Of a stretch of DNA of 64,000 nt, positions 60,225 to 64,000 are shown piece after piece. Below the pieces are notes generated by a model. It was not told the DNA's origin, did not search any database, and was given only the letters and a program-made list of their open reading frames with translations. The DNA is from Candidatus Poribacteria bacterium. GTDB taxonomy: Bacteria; Poribacteria; WGA-4E; JAJDTR01. The stretch is taken from NCBI GenBank assembly GCA_965222225.1, contig CBDCTK010000002.1, positions 1,504,001 through 1,568,000 of the forward strand, read 5' to 3'. Within the stretch, counting starts at the first letter, position 1; each line of letters starts with the position of its first letter. Position numbers and translations under genes: made by a program.

Positions 60225-63200
60225 ATGAACAGTCTCAGAGGAAGTACCGTTTGGTTTCTCTGTTGTGTAACGCTCGCCGCGGGACTCATGATCGCCGCTG
60301 ACGGCATCGTCCACGCGCAGTCGACCGAGTCGTTCACGCTGGATGGGACGATTAACGATTCCGATGGTGTGCCGGCGGCGGGGTTGTCTGTCGAAGCCTC
60401 CGGTTTCCCGGTCAAGACCGTAACGGACGGCAACGGGTACTATAGCCTTCCGTTTTTCTCGCTCTCGCGAGGCAAAATAAGCGTTAACGACACAATAATT
60501 ATTACGGTGGAAGACCGCGACGAAATCGTTTCGGTGAAGAACTACGTTGTCACCGCCGCTGATATCGCCGCCGTACCCCAGGGCGCAACCGTCCCCATTC
60601 AGTTGTCCAAGCTGCAGACGGAAGTCAGCACAACCGCCCTGCCCGCGGACGGCTCGTCAATTGCCATCATCAATGTGCTCATTCAGGTTGACGGCGAGAA
60701 CGTTGTCGGCGACACCTTGTCTATCACCGCCGACCAAGGCACCGTAGGCGGCGTGACCGACAACGGCGACGGCACCTATACTGCAACGTATACCGCGCCG
60801 GAACTCGTACTCGCCGACGACTCGACGGATACCATTACGATCACGTCGACGAACACGAGCGAAACCACCGCCACCGACGTAACCCTCACCCCCGTGCCCA
60901 CGCTGGTTAGCGTAGCCGCCGAGCCGAGTGTCTATACCGCCGGTTCGGGTGAGATGGGTAGCATTACCGTCTCCGTGTCGCGCGGCGGGAATCCCGTAAC
61001 GGATGCCGACATCTCCATTAGCCGCAGCCGCGCCGATGGCGGTAACGATACCGGGGCAGTCGGAGATCTAACGAACAACGGCGACGGCACCTATACCGCA
61101 ACCTACACCCCGTCCGAGATGGTCGGGCGAGTGAACCTCACCGCAAGCGACAGTGTCTCCGGCGCCGCCGGCTCGACTGCTGTCAACGTGAACGCCGGTC
61201 CCCCGGCAAACGTCGTCGTTACCGGCACGCCGACCACAGTCTCTAGCGACGGCTCCGGCGTCGTGACCGTCATGGTCACGGACGAGTCCGGGAATCCGGT
61301 TGGCGGGCAAATGCCTACTGGAAACGCCGATAAGGGTACCGTTGGTGATTTCACCGAATCCGATGAACCCGGCACCTACACCGCGCCGTATACCGCGCCG
61401 ACCGTCGAAGAAGACGGCACCGACTCTATCACTGTCGCCGTGGGCGATACCACCGGCGAGACCACCGTAGACCTCACGACCGAACCCGCGATGATGGTCG
61501 GACAACTCATCGTTATAGGTATGGTCAATAAAGCGGATGGCACCGGTTCCGTCCCCGGCGTTAATGTGGAAGTCTCCGTAAACGGTACCCCGATCGCTAC
61601 GACTACCACGGATGATAACGGCCAGTACAGCGTTACACACGTCGACGCGGGCAACAATGCCGCCAGTACCGGCGACATCGTCACAGTCGTCGTTACCGAT
61701 GGCGACGGCGTTGAACGCGGCGACGCAATGATGGTGCTCGCGAACGCCGATCTCGGCGGCGAACCCCTAGTCATTAATGTTGACACTGATATTGTCTCGA
61801 CGACTCCCGTGCTTGCCGTTACCGGCACCGTCTACCACGAAGGCGGCTCGCTTCCCGTCGGAGCCGGTTTGACCGTGAACGTCATGAATGCGGACACCGG
61901 AATTACTGTAAGCGGAACCACGGATGCGAACGGTGGCTACAGCGTCACCCTTGTCGGAACGGCGGGAAGCCTTGCCGGCGGAACCGGCGACACCCTAAAC
62001 GTCACCGTCATGCGGGACGGAGCGGAAATTGGTTCTGAGTCGAAGGAACTCTCCTCCGACGAGGTTGATGTCGCGCACGCTGTCGTTGATGTGAAAACAG
62101 GCTTGAAAGCCTCTACCCCCACGCTCGTTGTGACCGGAACCGTGTATCTCCTCGACAGCGAAATTGCCGCGGGTCCCGGCTTGACCGTAACCGTAACGAA
62201 TCCGGATACCGGGCTTGAAGTCTCGGGCACCACTGGCGACGATGGAACTTATAGCGTAACGCTCGTTAGCACGGAAGGCCCCGCCGCCGAAACCGGCGAC
62301 ACCGTCACCGTCACCGTGTCCGCCGATGGCGAAGACATGGGCTCCGACAGCCACACCCTTTCCGAATCGGAAATTGGCGCGGGCATCGTCATGGTGGACG
62401 TCGACAGCGGACTTCCCGCCGAATCTGCAATCTTCATTGTTACCGGTAGCGTGCTCCTTGAAGATGGAATGAGCCCCGCCCCCGGCGGACTCACTGTCAC
62501 CGTCGAGAACATGAACCGGCCCGGTACGACTTGGGAAACCGTCACCGAAGAGGGCGGCGGATACAACGTTTCTATGGTCAGCGCCGAGATGGCGGTCGCC
62601 GCCACGCACGACGAACTCGTTCTGCAGGTCACGGTTATGGCTGGCGGGGAACCCGTCGGCACAACCTCCCTTACCCTGACCACGGAAGAGGTTGTCGCGA
62701 CACACATTCCTGATGTGGATATCCGGACTACGCTCATTGCCGAACCCTCGAACCAAATCATTGTGCTCGGCACTGTCACCAATCCCGACGGTACACCCGC
62801 CGGCGAAGGCGTTGAAATCCGAATTACGCTCGGAATGAACCCGACGCGAACGTTGCAAACCGCGGCGGGCGGCGATTATAGCACCACCTATCTCGACCCC
62901 AATATGCCGGTCGTCAGCGTCGGTGACACGCTCATGGTCGCTGTGCTGGACCGCGTAACCGGTTCCGCCGCGAACGAAACCATGACTATCGCCTCTTACC
63001 ACGTCATCGCCGGCAGTGTCAGGTTTGACATGACTCTCATCCCCGATGACATCGCCCCGACCCCGGTCGCTGCCAGCAGCCAGAAGTTTGTGCAGAAGAC
63101 CGAAACTGTCGATTTTGACGGCAGTGGTTCCACGGATAATGTTGGGATCGATACTTATATGTGGGATTTCGGAGACGGCAATACCGCCGATACCATGAAC

Positions 63201-64000
63201 GCATCCCACCAATACGCCAACTCCGGTAAATACGTCGTAACCCTCACGGTAATGGACCTCGCCGGAAACGAAGCCTCGATGTCGATTGAGGTTTTTGTCG
63301 ACACCGTGCGCCTCGGAGGTTTGTCGCTCAACACGCTCCACGCGAGAGAGGTTATCGAGAAGATTGTGAGTTTGGCGATTGCACGCACCGATATCGGTCA
63401 AAGCATCGGCACGGAAGCCTTGATCCGGATGATGCGAAACGATCCCGCGGTTCAGGCGGCCGTTATCAAAGCCGTGAACACAATCCTGCCCCCGGGAATC
63501 CTGCCAGGTCAGTTGCTTGGTGCGGAGTTGCCGCTTATCTTCGAGGATTACGAAAACATTGACCTCGAGAACTTCGGCAATGCCGTCACGGCGCGCCCCG
63601 GAAGCGGAATGGGCATCCTCGAATCGAAGGATGGCGGGTTCGAGAGAATCGTAAACGGCAACAAGCTGGACCTTTACCTCGCCGCGCCGCGCGGAGACGT
63701 GGGCAGCGTCACCTTCAGGTTCGACGGAGCGGGGTTTGACCCCCTAAGCCAAGTCGGAACGCAAGATGCCAGAGAAGTCGTAGCCGGCATGACCATGCCC
63801 CATACCTTCCAGTTGGAAGAGGAGCAAGCCGCTCTGCTGCTGCCATCCTGGCACGGTCTCGGCGATAGCTCCGGTATATTCTCCGCCGTCAACCTGCGGT
63901 ACGCATCCGACGAACTGCCGCCGGAATTCGCGAATCTCATTTCTCGGGGTCGCCAAGTGCCAGTGAATCCCGCCGATTACGCCAGCGCACCCCTCAGCCC
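60225..64000 (+). CDS. Large secreted invasin/Ig-like and PKD-domain protein (3' end outside window; absent from ORF track)
   Basis: GGAGGT then ATG 60225; signal peptide; VTDNGDGTYTATY repeats; ~100-aa VTGTV..GLTV.V.N..G.YSV..AA.GD repeats; PKD FDGSGS.D...Y.WDFGDG in same frame at 63162. Confidence 0.9.
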   Translation, partial: MNSLRGSTVWFLCCVTLAAGLMIAADGIVHAQSTESFTLDGTINDSDGVPAAGLSVEASGFPVKTVTDGNGYYSLPFFSLSRGKISVNDTIIITVEDRDEIVSVKNYVVTAADIAAVPQGATVPIQLSKLQTEVSTTALPADGSSIAIINVLIQVDGENVVGDTLSITADQGTVGGVTDNGDGTYTATYTAPELVLADDSTDTITITSTNTSETTATDVTLTPVPTLVSVAAEPSVYTAGSGEMGSITVSVSRGGNPVTDADISISRSRADGGNDTGAVGDLTNNGDGTYTATYTPSEMVGRVNLTASDSVSGAAGSTAVNVNAGPPANVVVTGTPTTVSSDGSGVVTVMVTDESGNPVGGQMPTGNADKGTVGDFTESDEPGTYTAPYTAPTVEEDGTDSITVAVGDTTGETTVDLTTEPAMMVGQLIVIGMVNKADGTGSVPGVNVEVSVNGTPIATTTTDDNGQYSVTHVDAGNNAASTGDIVTVVVTDGDGVERGDAMMVLANADLGGEPLVINVDTDIVSTTPVLAVTGTVYHEGGSLPVGAGLTVNVMNADTGITVSGTTDANGGYSVTLVGTAGSLAGGTGDTLNVTVMRDGAEIGSESKELSSDEVDVAHAVVDVKTGLKASTPTLVVTGTVYLLDSEIAAGPGLTVTVTNPDTGLEVSGTTGDDGTYSVTLVSTEGPAAETGDTVTVTVSADGEDMGSDSHTLSESEIGAGIVMVDVDSGLPAESAIFIVTGSVLLEDGMSPAPGGLTVTVENMNRPGTTWETVTEEGGGYNVSMVSAEMAVAATHDELVLQVTVMAGGEPVGTTSLTLTTEEVVATHIPDVDIRTTLIAEPSNQIIVLGTVTNPDGTPAGEGVEIRITLGMNPTRTLQTAAGGDYSTTYLDPNMPVVSVGDTLMVAVLDRVTGSAANETMTIASYHVIAGSVRFDMTLIPDDIAPTPVAASSQKFVQKTETVDFDGSGSTDNVGIDTYMWDFGDGNTADTMNASHQYANSGKYVVTLTVMDLAGNEASMSIEVFVDTVRLGGLSLNTLHAREVIEKIVSLAIARTDIGQSIGTEALIRMMRNDPAVQAAVIKAVNTILPPGILPGQLLGAELPLIFEDYENIDLENFGNAVTARPGSGMGILESKDGGFERIVNGNKLDLYLAAPRGDVGSVTFRFDGAGFDPLSQVGTQDAREVVAGMTMPHTFQLEEEQAALLLPSWHGLGDSSGIFSAVNLRYASDELPPEFANLISRGRQVPVNPADYASAPLS

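Noticed and set aside
61995-63401. 468-aa minus-strand ORF and other antisense ORFs
   Set aside because: Shadow of the long + strand gene; no recognisable motifs

Overview
Bacterial chromosomal window, nearly all genes on the + strand. The C-terminal sorting domain at ~58.7-58.9 kb suggests Candidatus Poribacteria (inference). 0-13.7 kb: c-type cytochromes, a cupredoxin-like protein, an ABC transporter and a complete A1-type heme-copper oxidase operon with assembly genes. 14.7-29.2 kb: a probable cofactor-maturation cluster (USP proteins, Mrp, AhbC/D-like radical SAM, ChdC-like) in which four proteins carry six copies of the small PCP_red-like domain; it is interrupted by defence/TA cargo. 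29-46 kb: Gld-like ABC system, GTPase, amber-interrupted VWA gene, TPR, HD protein, methyltransferase, ferrochelatase. 46-53 kb: four shuffled membrane-anchored coiled-coil paralogues each with its own consensus promoter, a pentaheme cytochrome and an HTH gene between phased repeats. 53-64 kb: two very large secreted repeat proteins. Many intergenic spaces hold GTAG-type REP mosaics, densest around a truncated RAYT transposase. The most striking signal is a 30-nt REP module in about 55 copies (manual count) whose two variable dinucleotide stems co-vary as base pairs around conserved tandem GA mismatches, so it is conserved as a strand-specific fold rather than as a sequence. All family assignments are from motif recognition by eye, not database searches.
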